Source of the DNA: Octopus vulgaris
Lineage: Eukaryota
Length of the DNA stretch: 64,000 bases
Assembly: GCA_951406725.2 (NCBI GenBank)
Contig: OX597817.1
Span: 40,796,001-40,860,000 of the forward strand
Direction: 5' to 3'
The number at the start of each line of letters is the position of its first letter. Position 1 is the stretch's first letter. The notes beneath the pieces are model-generated. The model did no database searches and was not told where the DNA came from. It worked only from the letters and a program-made list of their open reading frames with translations. The translations under genes and the position numbers were made by a program. Below, in pieces: positions 36,444-47,292 of this stretch.

Positions 36444-38294
36444 CTACTTACTGTTGTTGGTGGTGGGGGTGGCTCCCTTGTGCTTTTGCACGGGTGCTTC
36501 CACAATGTTTTTATAAAGTTTCTTCGAGAAACTTTTCCCTAGCGATCCCACATCGTTAGGGAATATTTGTTTGATTTCATCATATGTTTTTGCATTTATT
36601 TTTATTGTGAGAATGTGTGCTGGTGGTGTGTTTTGTGTTGGTATGATGAAATCGGTTATATTTGTACTAGTTTTGTTTTTTAAGTACTCCACTAGTTTTT
36701 GGTTCTTTGTGTTTATTGATGTAATTGTGTCTGTGTGTGTTTGTGTGTGTGGCAGTGGCAGTAGTGGTGTCGAAAGTGTTGTTGTTGTTTGTTGTTGTGA
36801 GTGTGTGTTGTTGTTGTTGTTGTTGTTGATGTTGGGAAGCACTATTTGTTCGTGCTTCCCCTGTAAATCTTTTTGTTTCTTCCTCCTTTTCTTCTTTGGA
36901 GGCACTATACTCCATTCTCCTTTGTTGGAATCAGAGCTCGCACAATCCGACTCTTCATCCGGCAAAGGAATGGTTGAGGGGTCTGCTTCAGTAGCAGGAC
37001 GAAAAGTTTCTGGTTCCACCGGTATCGGTGGTGCCGCTGCTCCTGTTACTGTTGATGTCGCTGCTGTTGACCTTCGAGGTACTGGTGTCGGTGTTGGTTT
37101 GGTGGTGGTTGTCGGTGTTTGTTTGGTGGTGGTTGTTGTTGTTGGAGGTGGTGTTGTTCGTCTTGGTGCTGGTGTTGGTGATGGTGTTGGTGGTGTGGCA
37201 GCCTTTGGTGTTTCTTGCTGTTTTTGTTGTTTCTGTTGTTGTTGCTTGTGTTGTTGTTGTTGTTGTTGTTGCTGCTGCCTCTTGCTGAAAGCCTCCATCC
37301 TCTTTTTGTGAATGGGACAGTCCCTCTTTAAGTGGCTTTCGCTGCTGCAGAGAAAACATTTTGGCTTTCGCCCCTCCACAGCAACGTTTAGCCTGGTGCC
37401 GTCCGGCAAACTTACGAAATCAGGGACTTTACTTATATTCTCTTGCTGAATTTGCGCAAGAAGAAGCACTCCCATCCCCAACCAGTTTTTCGCCCTCACT
37501 CTCCTGACATCTAGAATGGTGGTAGTGTCCTCTATATCATAGAGGACAGCTGCCACCAGCCATGACATATTTAGCTCAGGGGGGACGAGGTCGATTTTTA
37601 TTTTTGTTACTCTTCGCCCGAGGTGGGTCGGAATTAGTAACAAATTCTCAGTTTGCAAGGGCGAAATGGCGTTCGCCCTTGCAAGCTCCTCTGTTGGGAA
37701 GCGAACCTCCACGGTTCCAAAACGCTTCCCCTTGGTTACGTAGCTCTTTTGGGCCCAAATGGGCTTTAGAGCTATCTCCAACTGTTGGGGTGTGGCATTT
37801 GTTATTCTTTTTAGTTTTCTGTCGAAAACTTTGTAAATTATTGTTTGCTTTTTGGTGCTTTCAATCACCTCTTGTGGAGTATTGAGGAAGATACCATTGC
37901 CATCCTTCCTTAACAATTCCTTCGCTCTTTTCACATCTTCTAGAGTTATCTTAACTTCCTCCGAAATTTGCTTCGCAGCAGAAGCAAAATTGTTGGAAGT
38001 TTTTTCTTTTATCTCCGTGTCAATGTTTGTGTTGATTTTTGCATTTGTTTTTTCTTCCTCCTCCTTCCGTACCAAAGCATTGGGTGAAGGCAGAGGGGGA
38101 AAATCGAGAATTACGTCGAACGCGACGTCCTGGCTTGCATTCTCCTTTTGAACCGAGCTCGTGCTCTGCGGTTCGGAAGGAGAATCTTTGTTGCCTTTTA
38201 AGGCGTGAAGTGGGTGTTTTGTACGAGTTGTGTGTGTTTGCGGAGGGAATGTATCTTGAAGGAAGGAACAGCCAACTGTTCGCTTCATAGCCAT
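36444..38294 (-). CDS. Tx1 ORF1: gag-like protein with zinc knuckle, polyQ, Thr/Pro-rich linker, basic NLS-like patch
   Basis: 616-aa ORF; CFLCSSESHLKRDC (CX2CX4HX4C); KKKRRKK. Confidence 0.88.
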   Translation of the reverse strand: MAMKRTVGCSFLQDTFPPQTHTTRTKHPLHALKGNKDSPSEPQSTSSVQKENASQDVAFDVILDFPPLPSPNALVRKEEEEKTNAKINTNIDTEIKEKTSNNFASAAKQISEEVKITLEDVKRAKELLRKDGNGIFLNTPQEVIESTKKQTIIYKVFDRKLKRITNATPQQLEIALKPIWAQKSYVTKGKRFGTVEVRFPTEELARANAISPLQTENLLLIPTHLGRRVTKIKIDLVPPELNMSWLVAAVLYDIEDTTTILDVRRVRAKNWLGMGVLLLAQIQQENISKVPDFVSLPDGTRLNVAVEGRKPKCFLCSSESHLKRDCPIHKKRMEAFSKRQQQQQQQQQHKQQQQKQQKQQETPKAATPPTPSPTPAPRRTTPPPTTTTTTKQTPTTTTKPTPTPVPRRSTAATSTVTGAAAPPIPVEPETFRPATEADPSTIPLPDEESDCASSDSNKGEWSIVPPKKKRRKKQKDLQGKHEQIVLPNINNNNNNNTHSQQQTTTTLSTPLLPLPHTQTHTDTITSINTKNQKLVEYLKNKTSTNITDFIIPTQNTPPAHILTIKINAKTYDEIKQIFPNDVGSLGKSFSKKLYKNIVEAPVQKHKGATPTTNNSK

Positions 38295-38524
38295 GTTTTT
38301 TTGTTGTAATATTCAAAATGTTGAAAAATGTCAAATGTTCAAAATTTTAAAACGTAATTTCACCCCGAATGGGGCAAAATTTCGCCCAACCGACGAGCTC
38401 CGCAAGAAGCCAGTCGGTTTGGCTACAAAAATATTAAAAAATATTCAAACCTATTAATAGATTTCCAATGAAATTGGTGTCAAATTCACGGAGCTGATTC
38501 ACGTACGTCTATCGGCGTCGGAAG

Positions 38525-38525
<1 letters not shown>

Positions 38526-38576
<51 letters not shown>

Positions 38577-41544
38577 TGTGTACAGTGCTCAGGTGCACTA
38601 CAACTCATCTAAAGTGTATATATAATCAGGTGTAGTTTCGACGGATTTCGGGAAGCATGAGGGCCTTAAAGGATGCAGTGTCATGGCAGTCAACAACTGA
38701 TGCAGGCAGTTTATTCCACGCTTCAGCAACCCTGAGCGTGGAAAAATGTTTCCGAAAGTCATGGGAGCTGTGCTGTTTTCTGACTTTGTAGGCATGTCCA
38801 CGTGTGTTAGACACATGGAGATCAAAAAGGTGTTCAGTGTTGTTGTTGATGAGGTGGTTGATAACCTTGTGGGTGTTTACCAAGTCCGTTGCCAGACGCC
38901 GGAGCTTCAGTGAATCCATGCCCAGGGAAACAAGGCGCTCAGAATATGGTAGGTGTCTGATGGAGGGTATGCGTTTGGTTGCACGTCTCTGGACAGATTC
39001 CAGGAGGTCAATGTTCTGAGCAAGATAGGGATTCCAAACTGATGATGCGAATTCCAAGTGTATACAGTTTTAAATAGATGGCTGGAGAGCGGCTAACAAA
39101 AGTCTTGCTGAGTGATGCCAAGACACCCTCGGCCTTCTTGACAATTTTAGAGATATGCTTTGTCCAACGCAAATCACTGCTGACAGTGATGCCTAGGTCA
39201 CGCTCGCAAGAGGATTTCTTGATATCAGTGTTGTGGAGGGAGTATGTGGACGCAGGGTTTTTTCTCCCAAAATGCATGGTGGTACACTTGTCCACAGCCA
39301 GTTTCAGTTGCCAGTCTGTGATCCATTGCTGCATTGTGTCTAGGTCTGATTGCAGGAAAGAGTTGTAGACATCAGGATCAGTCCTCTTGATTTCAAGGTG
39401 CAGCTTGATGTCGTCTGCATATTTCAATACTGTGGCATTCTTTAAATTGGCATCTATGTCATTAATGTATGCCACAAACAGGAGGGGACCAAGGACAGAT
39501 CCCTGTGGTACACCCGATGACATCTCATATGGTGTAGAGTGCTGTCCTAGAACTGTGACTACCTCCTTTCGGCTGAGGATGAAGGATTTCAACCAGTTAA
39601 AAAGGTCATCCCCCACACCCATTGCAGAGAGTTTCACCATAAGCCTTTTGTGTGGCACAGAGTTGAAAGCCTTAGCAAAGTCAAGGTAGACAACATCCAC
39701 CCATGAGCTACTGTCAGTGATCTGAGTAATGTCCTCAAGGAACTCAACAAGCTGGTCACTGCAGCTGGAGTTAGGGACAAATCCATATTGTGAGGGTCGG
39801 ATGAGACTGTGAGAGCTCCAGAAGTTCCAGAGTGTTTCTCTGACACACGATTCCATCAGTTTTGCAATACAGCTAGTGAGACTGACTGGGCGATAGTTGA
39901 CAGGTGATGTGCGGTCACCCTTTTTGAACAGAGGAATGACACTGGCAGTTTTCCACTGCTCCGGAGTAGCACCATTGTTGAGACAGTACTGGAAGAAAAT
40001 AGAAAGCTGGTGTAAAAGGAAGTGCCTGCCACGTTTGAGAAGCAGGTATGTAACTCCATCGAGACCAGGGGAGGCAAAGTTGCGCTTATTTTGAAGGTGA
40101 CGTCGCAGCATTGCAGGTGTAAATTCCATAGTTGTTATGGAGTTTGCTGTTAGTGATGGTGAAGATGGTACATTTTGACTTTCAACAGTGAATATGTTTG
40201 CATAGCACTCGGCAATGAGTTCTGCGCATTCCTTGGGGTCGTCAGTGATCTGGTTCGTGTGAGGGTTGCGAAGAGGGCCCACTGGAGAGTGAGGTCTCTG
40301 CTTTGAATGCACATATTTCCAGAAAACCTTGCTGTCAGGATTGGCTGCTATGCACTGTTCAAATTCAAGCACTGCATTTTTTGTCACTTGCTTGAGATGG
40401 TTGGAGGATTTATTCCGCTTCTTCCTGTTGGTGTCTGATTTATGCAACTTGTATTCCTGTTCAGCAGTCCGACGTTCCTTCCTGGCAAGTCGGACCGCTG
40501 AAGTTTCCCAAATTGCCCTTTTGGGGCGGTTCTTCTTTTTTTGTTTACGTGGCACTGATGCTGCACATGCTGCCCATATTGAGTCCAGGATACTCTGGAG
40601 TATAGTATTCACATCTCCAGAGTTGTAGAATTCACGCCAGTTTGGGTGCTGTAGTTCAGTGTGGTACAGGTTCCAATCTGCTCTCTTCCAATCGAAGGAA
40701 GCAGATTGGAGATGGTTCAGGTGTTTGTTGCCCGCAAGAGCCAGATTGGCGATGATCATAGCATGATCAGAGTCACCTAGAGGTTCCTCCGTAGTGCAAT
40801 TGATAACCGCTTCAGGAGTTGTGGTGAAGAGCAGGTCCAAGGTGTTGTCGCCTCTTGTTGGAGAGGTGACTACTTGTGACCAGTTTGAGTCCAGCACAAG
40901 CTCAACAAAATCGTTTGCACTCTGTGGCCAACGGAAGGTTTCCCAATCGATCTCAGGATGATTGAAATTGCCTGCAATAAACACATAAGTGGCTGTTTTC
41001 CTGGCTGCAGCTCGGAGGATGTTGCAAAGCTGTGTGTCCTGATGGTAATTTGGGGGACGATAAACAACGCCAAGCAGGAGTGTTGACATGGTCATACATA
41101 CATCACAGAAAAAAACTTCTTCTTGTGATTCGTTCAAATCGGCACAAGGAATTACCAAAAAATTTGAACGAACGTAGACCATCACACCACCACCACGGCG
41201 GTTAGTGCGGTCCTTACGGAAGAGGTTGTACCCCGTGATGTTGAAAACCCCATCACAGAGTAAGGAATGCGCCCATGTTTCCGTGACAGTGATGAAGTCA
41301 GGGTCAACACTTCTGACGTAGGCGTTGAACAAATGTATTTTGTTGCATAAACTGCGAGCATTTAAGGACAACAATTTGTACCCTGCTCGCAGTTTATGAT
41401 GGTGTGTGGAGGATGGCAGATTGTCCTGGCTTAGTTTCCCTGAGTTGCTGTAGTCTTTTTAGTTATTGTGGGTAGAGAGCACTCAGACCAGCTGGTATCT
41501 CTCTTCCACGTTTCATCAGTCTTGACAAATCTCCAGATTTGTCC
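38526..41544 (-). mobile_element. CR1-type LINE, 5'-truncated in the end of ORF1; (ATT)n tail split by the Tx1 element
   Basis: ORF1 remnant 41431-41544 ending ATQGN*; ORF2; 3' GTGCACCTGAGCAC hairpin and (ATT)n. Confidence 0.9.
38626..41374 (-). pseudogene. CR1 ORF2 (APE-RT), frameshifted near 39060 with two conserved Asp changed to Asn
   Basis: NARSL, TETW, RGGGV, YRPP, GNFN, LDL, SDH; NYRPVSLTS, KAFNSV, GVPQGSVLGP, YADD, ERDLG; tail LESVQRRATK..RGH..F..RV..WN.LP. Confidence 0.92.
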
Positions 41545-41651
41545 ATCTAGGGTCTAAACAATAGCAATAACAACACTGCTGCTGTTCTTGAATATGAGAG
41601 AAAGTATTGAGTTAATGTGACAGTTTTATATAATGTAGTGCATGTTGTATA

Positions 41652-42105
41652 TCATCATCATCATCATCATTTAATGTGCTTTTTCCATGCTGGCATGGGT
41701 CGGACGGTTTGAGAGGAGCCAATGGGTTCGAGGACTACATTGTGTTCCAGTGTTTGCTTCAACATGGTTTCTATGGCTGAATGCCTTTCCTAATGCCAAC
41801 CCCTTCTTATATATTACATACATATGTATGGATATATATATATATATATATATACTGTAAGTTTAGAGGGAATACTTGATAAGTGTAAGCACCTGTATAT
41901 GCCAGATAGTGGCAGAGGTGAGAGAATATATTAAACATAAATTGAAAACAGAACACGTTTTGGCGTTAGGAAGGGCATCCAGCTGTAGAAACACTGCCAG
42001 ATCAAACTGGGCCTGGCGAAGGCCTCCCGGCTTCCCAGACCCCAGTTGAACCGTCCAACCCATGCTAGCATGGAAAACGGACGCTAAACGATGATGATGA
42101 TGATG
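41652..42105. mobile_element. Two RTE tail fragments in opposite orientation
   Basis: (CAT)n-led minus copy 41652-41810; plus copy 41958-42105 with (GAT)n. Confidence 0.8.
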
Positions 42106-42168
42106 ATATATGTGGGAAAAAAATTCAAGGTAGAAAATGCTAAAATAATTTTATCATAAAAAAACATT

Positions 42169-42208
42169 TTAGTACCAGTTTCAGTCATTGAGACTTTTTC
42201 AACTCTAA
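42169..42208 (-). ncRNA. Minimal hammerhead-like motif, U3-A8 core variant
   Basis: Minus strand AG-TTGAAAA-AGTC-TCAAT-GACT-GAAA-CTGG-TA-CT. Stem II is perfect and stem I is short. Confidence 0.5.
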
Positions 42209-43039
42209 GTATGGAAAACGATTAAAATTTTGGAAAAATTAAATGAAAAGAAGAAGAAGAAGAAGAAAAAGAAAAAGAAGAAGAAGAAGAATGAACAATG
42301 GGATTTTTTGAAGACATTTCAATCTTTAATTTAGCCTTAAATATACACATTTACTTCCTAGATCAGATACATAGTTTAGTAGTTAGTGTGTTGGATTCAT
42401 GATCGTGAGTTTGTGGTTTCAATTCCTGGACAGGGTGCTGTGTTGTGTCCTTGAGCAAAGGACTTCATTGCACATTGCTCCAGTCCACTCAGCTCATGAT
42501 GGTAAGATGTATAGGGTGAAGAGAGAAATGGAGAAACTAAATGATGGAGGGAGGGTCAGATAGGTTCCATGATATCCTAAGTTATAATGGAAACAATGTA
42601 CAGAGAACTGAAGATGTCTACTAATATCCTGAGTAACATCTGAGGCATAGTACAGTGAAAGTGAGATGAGGAAAGAAAGGTCAGGAGATTAGTATTAGGA
42701 ATGTGAGCCCTAGGGTTATGAGTAGTAGAGACATGTGTGACAATGGCATGGATGGTTGATATGAGAGTGATAAGAGGGATGTCTGATTAGAGGAGCAAGT
42801 GAAATCTGCGTTGGAAGAATGTAAATCTATTAAGAAGGCCAAAACTGTAGCCTGTATAAAAAATATTCAAATCTGGCAACAAAATATCGAAAACTTTTTA
42901 AATGTTTGGTTTTTTTATTTGGTTTGCATGATTCTTTATGTGAATTTGTGTGTTGAAGCATATTTTATTGTGTCTGGGGAGAGTCATTCTCTTTTAGGGC
43001 CTTATTAATTTAACACACTCATTAGTGTGTTAAATTAGG

Positions 43040-43263
43040 TAGGTGGTTGCCAGTAACCACCTAACTGGCCCTCATGCCAGTGGCACATAAAAGCACCCAC
43101 TACACTCTCAGAGTGGTTGGCGTTAGGAAGGGCCTCCAGCTGTAGAAACTCTGCCAGATCAGATTGGAGTCTGGTGCAGCCATCTGGTTTGCCAGACCTC
43201 AGTCAAGTCGTCCAACCCATGCTAGCATGGAAAATGGACGTTAAACGATGATGATGATGATGA
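43040..43263 (+). mobile_element. RTE tail fragment
   Basis: Tail family with (GAT)n. Confidence 0.85.
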
Positions 43264-43574
43264 TTTCCAATCATTTACTTATTTATTTTTCCTAAAATTT
43301 TTTATCGTCTTGCAACCTTTTCAATGGATAATAGCATATCAAATAACTTATAAGATACTTCCATAATTGAATGTTTTCACTATTTGAAAGCTTTCCTCAT
43401 TAAATAAACTTGATGCTGTACAGTGGAATTGAACCTAGAACTATGTTATTGTGAAACAAACTTCTTAATCACACAACTAGATCTGAGCATTTTATGTTTA
43501 ATAAGTTATTTAAAAGATTAAGTTTGTGGCACAGTTCAGATTCCTAGTTGGAGCATTTACATATATTTAAGTGC

Positions 43575-43968
43575 AAGCAGTAAGTTTCCTTCCCAACTAC
43601 ATGGTTCTGGGTTCAGTCCCACTGCATGGCACCTTGGGCAAGTGTCTTGTATTATAGCCCCGGACCAACCAAAGCTTTGTGAGTGGATTTGGTAGACAGA
43701 AACATAAAGAACCCCATCATATATGTGAAAGTGTGTGTGTGTATAAGTAAGTCTTTGTGTCTGTGTTTGTCACCTACTACCACTTGACAACTGATGTTAG
43801 TATGTTTATGTTCCTGTAACTTAGCAGTTCAGCTAAAGAGATCGCTAGAATAAGTACCAGGCTTAAAAAAAAGGATCCCAAGGTCAATTTATTTGACTAA
43901 AATTCTTCAAGGTGTTGCTCCAGTATGGCCGCAGTCAAATAACTTAAACAAGTAAAAGATAAAAGAAA
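43575..43968 (+). mobile_element. SINE family A, older copy
   Basis: Collinear with the adjacent copy at 43985-44453. Confidence 0.82.
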
Positions 43969-43984
43969 AATATTTTACGGATAA

Positions 43985-44149
43985 GGTGTAGGAGTGACTG
44001 TGTGGTAAGTAGCTAGGTTATGAACCACATGGTTCCGGGTTCAGTCCCACTGTGTGGTACCTTGGGCAAGTGTCTTCTACTATAGCCTTGGGCCGACCAA
44101 AGCCATGTGAGTGGATTTGGTAGACGGAAACTGAAAGAAGCCCGTTGTA

Positions 44150-44191
<42 letters not shown>

Positions 44192-44453
44192 TATATACAT
44201 ACATATATATATATACATATATATATGTGTGTGTGTGTGTATGTTTGTGTGTCTGTGTATGTCTCCCCAACATCACTTGACAACCAATGCTGGTGTGTTT
44301 ACATCCCCATAACTTAGTGGCTCGGCAAAAGCGACTGATAGAATAAGTACTAGACTTACAAAGAATAAGTCCTGTGGTCGATTTGCTCGACTAAAGGCGG
44401 TGCTCCAGCATGGCTACAGTCAAATGACTGAAACAAGTAAAAGAGTAAAAGAG
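43985..44453 (+). mobile_element. SINE family A (octopus OK-like), full length with internal (TA)n(TG)n
   Basis: GGTGTAGGAGTGACTGTGTGGTAAG head, GGTTCAGTCCC B-box, internal microsatellite, end GACTGAAACAAGTAAAAGAGTAAAAGAG. Confidence 0.9.
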
Positions 44454-45369
44454 CTATGTTGTCATTTCATATTCACAACAAACCTAAGCAACATTAAACA
44501 TAAGCAAAAGAGAAATTGTCCATGGTACTTACATCCTCTTGACTCAAAAGCTGAGCTGTATTTTTGTGGCGTTTTAGAGTTTTGTCTTCTTGATACATTT
44601 TCACAATAAAAAAAAAAGGTTATATTTTTTTGTATATATTTCTTAATTTTACTTTCCTGCTGCCTTAAATTTGGACATATCAGTGGTGGTCTTTATCTGA
44701 ATTGTTTTTCCTCTTCTTTTTTTTTTTTTCGTGCTCACAAAATCTACTGGTGCTGCAGATAAAGTATTATATCATATGATACATAGTTGAATAATATGTT
44801 GATTATTCTTTATAGACAATAGGCTTGCTCTGTTCCTCACTTCTGGCAGATTTATAATCAAAGGTGTTCCAGATGTGACCATTCCATATTTTATTCAAAC
44901 ATAGTACAATCAGGACTGCAACATTTAGCTCTTTCATTATAATATTTCAGTTGAAAAACACTTTAAATTAAATATCTTTAAATCAATTAAGAATATAGTG
45001 AAAAATATATTAAAATGACTTTGTCATTATTTGGAACATTAGCATGAAATTTTAATGTCTAAACTATACAACTAAGGGTGGTCTCAGGTGACTTAGTATC
45101 AAAAGGGTTAATATGTTGTTTTTTAAGACAATCTATTGGCTGGAATTAAGAGAAATTTAGTCGTTAGGAAGATATATATAGAAGCTCCTTCACTGAACAT
45201 CATTTTGAAAATTTTTGGTGATCATAAAGCATACACTTAATGTCCAGGAATGTCACAGAAGGTCCTAATAACAATGTATTATTAAGGTGATTAAATTCTT
45301 ACATATTGTTGCTTTCTTTTCTTTTTTAATGATAAATAGACTTGGATTGAAATGAGACTACGTGATTAT

Positions 45370-45540
45370 ATGTGCAAATACATGAGTACACACATGTGTG
45401 TGCGTATGTGTGTGTGTGCGTATGTGTGTGTGTGTGTATGTGGGTGCAGATGTGAATGTGATTGTGTGTGTGTGTGTGTGTTATGTATAAATATGAGTGG
45501 CGTCTCTCTGCCCATCTCTCTCTTTCTCTGTGTGTGTAGA

Positions 45541-45616
<76 letters not shown>

Positions 45617-45760
45617 TATGTGTGTAAAATTTATGAATACGATTATCATTTATCTTAATGTGTGTAAGGTGTGCATGTATAATAATGAATATATGTAAAT
45701 GTGTATATGTATATATAATTAAGTATATTTATGTATATGTGTATGTATGTATATATATAC

Positions 45761-45803
<43 letters not shown>

Positions 45804-45815
45804 TATATATTTACA
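45370..45815. repeat. (TG)n/(TA)n/(GATA)n microsatellite cluster
   Basis: Seen directly. Confidence 0.92.
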
Positions 45816-45956
45816 CATCGTGCTTATGAGGTGTTTTGGTGGGCAATTTAACTGGCCTTGTGCATACGTGCATATATATGTATGTATGGACGTTCGTATA
45901 TGTAAGTATAACGTTTGTTCTGCCTATATATATCTGTATTTATGTACTTTTGATAT

Positions 45957-46015
45957 ATTCATCCGATGACGGTAAAGCTTATTTAAAGCAAAACCAGAAA
46001 TCCTGGATCTTGAAT
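45957..46015 (+). ncRNA. Degenerate type I hammerhead-like motif
   Basis: ATTCAT-CCGATGA-CGGT..GCTT..AGC..ACCA-GAAA-TCCTGGA-TC-TTGAAT. U4 is changed to C; stem III is quasi-palindromic. Confidence 0.45.
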
Positions 46016-46158
46016 TATTCAATAATATTTTTTGCTAGTGTATTTTGTCCCTCTGTATTATCTCATGGTATGATATGAACATTTAACGTGGTTTTTAAAG
46101 TCAGGGTTTTGACTGCTATTTCGGCATGGTGGTGTCTCTTAGACACCCTTATTTTAGT

Positions 46159-46191
<33 letters not shown>

Positions 46192-46465
46192 ATATGTATA
46201 TGTATATATATATAATTGAGTATATTTGTGTTTGTTTATGTCAGTAAATTATTTTCCTTTCTTGGTAATCCTTGGTAAACCTCCTTTTTGGCACTATGAC
46301 CTGTAATCTTTTCTTCTCAAATGATTCTGATACTCATTTAAAATGAATGGCTCAATTATTCAAATAAATATATTCATGTTATATAATTCATTTTGCTTCT
46401 GTTTTGGGGGTGTTGTTTCTCTTCATCAATTATAGTTTTTTTTCTCTCTTTTGCTTTCTATTTAG

Positions 46466-46689
46466 TTCAAATACTACAGAACCACATTTGGGAGTTTGTT
46501 CTGTATTTAAAGCGAAAACAACCAGTCCATTTTTGATTTAAATGCTGAACAAAAAATTGAATAAATAAACAAAAAAAAATTCTCTGGCAGACAGTAAATG
46601 GAGATTTGGCGATTTCAAGAAGTGGTTTTACACGGTTACATAGTTCTTACATTGATTATACACAATCAGCTTTTGAAATATTCAGGCAG
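46466..46689 (+). pseudogene. Candidate decayed exon of an unidentified gene
   Basis: Strong acceptor TTTCTCTCTTTTGCTTTCTATTTAG. Reads QILQNHIWEFVLYLKRKQP / SIFDLNAEQKIE*INKK / ILWQTVNGDLAISRSGFTRLHSSYIDYTQSAFEIFRQ, then CAG/GT. Confidence 0.55.
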
Positions 46690-47190
46690 GTTCATACTCA
46701 TATTGCATACTTATATGAACCACACACACATGTGAACACGTATTACATATACAAATGCACACATATACATACCTTTCACTCATATTTACATATACTCAGA
46801 CACACTGACATGCACATACACATACACACACACACACATACATATATGTATACACTTACAAATACAGACATTCATATACAAGCACATACACCTTCCCTCC
46901 TGTTGAAAGCTGAATTTTTTTGGCTTCTTTATAGTTTAGTTTATTTCTTTGTCTGGTGGTTTATATAGTATATATGCTTTGTAGTGTGTATGTGTGTGTG
47001 CATGTATGTAAGTCTCCAGGAGGTATTGGAGTATGTGCTGGGTCCAGACATTATACCAATACCTTCATAAACAATTACAATGACGGTCTTCACTTGGCAA
47101 CTAAGTTATATTGATCACAAACACTTGAAAGATTCTTAGCAAGCTTGAAAAGTGAAGTCAGACTGGGTATTTTGTTAGATATAAAGACAG

Positions 47191-47237
<47 letters not shown>

Positions 47238-47292
47238 AACATTCATCCCCTCTTATGTGTGTGTGTGTATTCTTTTTGTGTGTATATATATA

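Larger units (their letters stand above)
32692..38525 (-). mobile_element. Apparently full-length Tx1-clade non-LTR retrotransposon
   Basis: 5' UTR, CCHC ORF1, APE-RT-CCHC ORF2, 3' UTR with AATAAA; (TAA)n on both flanks. Confidence 0.92.

Noticed and set aside
45326-46078. ORFs rich in YI/CV/HT/PSIH (also 19844, 24372, 44013, 53718)
   Set aside because: Microsatellite translations.
47145-47292. N-terminus of the 319-aa ORF (and 52847-53000 of the 287-aa ORF)
   Set aside because: Chance read-through from flanking microsatellite into truncated RTE ORFs.
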